From an uncultured bacterium (GTDB taxonomy: Bacteria > T1Sed10-126), in assembly GCA_964631325.1 (NCBI GenBank), contig CAZVWJ010000002.1, forward strand, positions 5,848 to 69,847: a stretch of DNA of 64,000 nt, in the 5' to 3' direction. Made by a program: the position numbers and the translations under genes. Below the pieces are notes generated by a model. That model saw nothing but the letters and a program-made list of their open reading frames with translations, did no database searches and had not been told where the DNA came from. Positions 63,776 to 64,000 of this stretch are shown here, piece after piece. Positions within the stretch are counted from its first letter, which is position 1, and each line of letters begins with the position of its first letter.

Positions 63776-64000
63776 TTACATCCAGCTTTCCAATTTTTCC
63801 TGGTTGGTTATAATTAAATTGTGCCCCTCAGTTTTTATACCATCGGATTCCTTGAATTTTTTAATATAGCGGGTGACCGTTTCCCGATTAGTTCCCACGA
63901 GTTCAGCCAGTCGTTTATGGGTCAATTTTATATCAATTTTTCTTCCTTCCGCCGTACTCGAACCAAATTTCTCAGAGAGACGCAAAAGACAGGCAGCCAA
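63776..64000 (-). CDS. Crp/Fnr-family transcriptional regulator, C-terminal HTH part (partial; continues past window end)
   Basis: C-terminal winged HTH (LTHKRLAELVGTNRETVTRYIKKFKESDGI). Confidence 0.7.
   Translation of the reverse strand: MAACLLRLSEKFGSSTAEGRKIDIKLTHKRLAELVGTNRETVTRYIKKFKESDGIKTEGHNLIITNQEKLESWM

Overview
This is a 64 kb gene-dense chromosomal segment, most plausibly from an uncultivated Gram-negative bacterium, with most genes on the minus strand. The Gram-negative call rests on C-terminal-Phe beta-barrel outer-membrane proteins, an O-antigen-ligase-like gene, a T2SS/T4P ATPase and sigma-54 regulation. Unless a specific domain is named, calls rest on the supplied ORF translations.

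Housekeeping content seen directly includes ahcY, pcm, rpsA, cmk, plsC, tyrA, hisC and pheA, scpA/scpB, malic enzyme, class I fumarase alpha and beta subunits, an MscS channel, kptA, and a XerC/D-like recombinase.

Accessory content: a two-component system (PAS/GAF histidine kinase plus sigma-54 NtrC-type regulator) co-transcribed with a dihydropyrimidinase/hydantoinase; a putative glucosyl(glycerate) compatible-solute cluster (GpgS-like GT-A, histidine-phosphatase, GT4, sugar nucleotidyltransferase); several GT4/GT2/O-antigen-ligase glycan genes; a DHH-DHHA1-CBS-CCA/poly(A)-polymerase fusion protein; and an AmmeMemoRadiSam locus in which Memo and AMMECR1 are fused and carry an apparent signal or lipoprotein leader.

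The most unusual block is a plus-strand operon of three genes: a 1120-aa FecR-domain secreted repeat protein, a small beta-barrel outer-membrane protein, and a 2353-aa surface protein. The 2353-aa protein has a PQQ-type beta-propeller followed by four recently duplicated modules of about 1.35 kb (parallel beta-helix plus FN3). The operon is followed by a roughly 190-nt nested-palindrome element and a second outer-membrane protein.

Three non-coding repeat families are visible. First, a four-copy structured element of about 150 nt (core GCTTGCCCTGCGCATGGACAGGG plus G5/C5 hairpins) in spacers of the minus-strand gene array. Second, a two-copy inverted MITE/REP-like palindromic element (GTCATTSCCGGG...CCCGGMAATGAC). 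Third, a perfect 44-bp AT-rich palindrome upstream of the pilB/gspE-like gene.

I found no rRNA, tRNA or CRISPR array.
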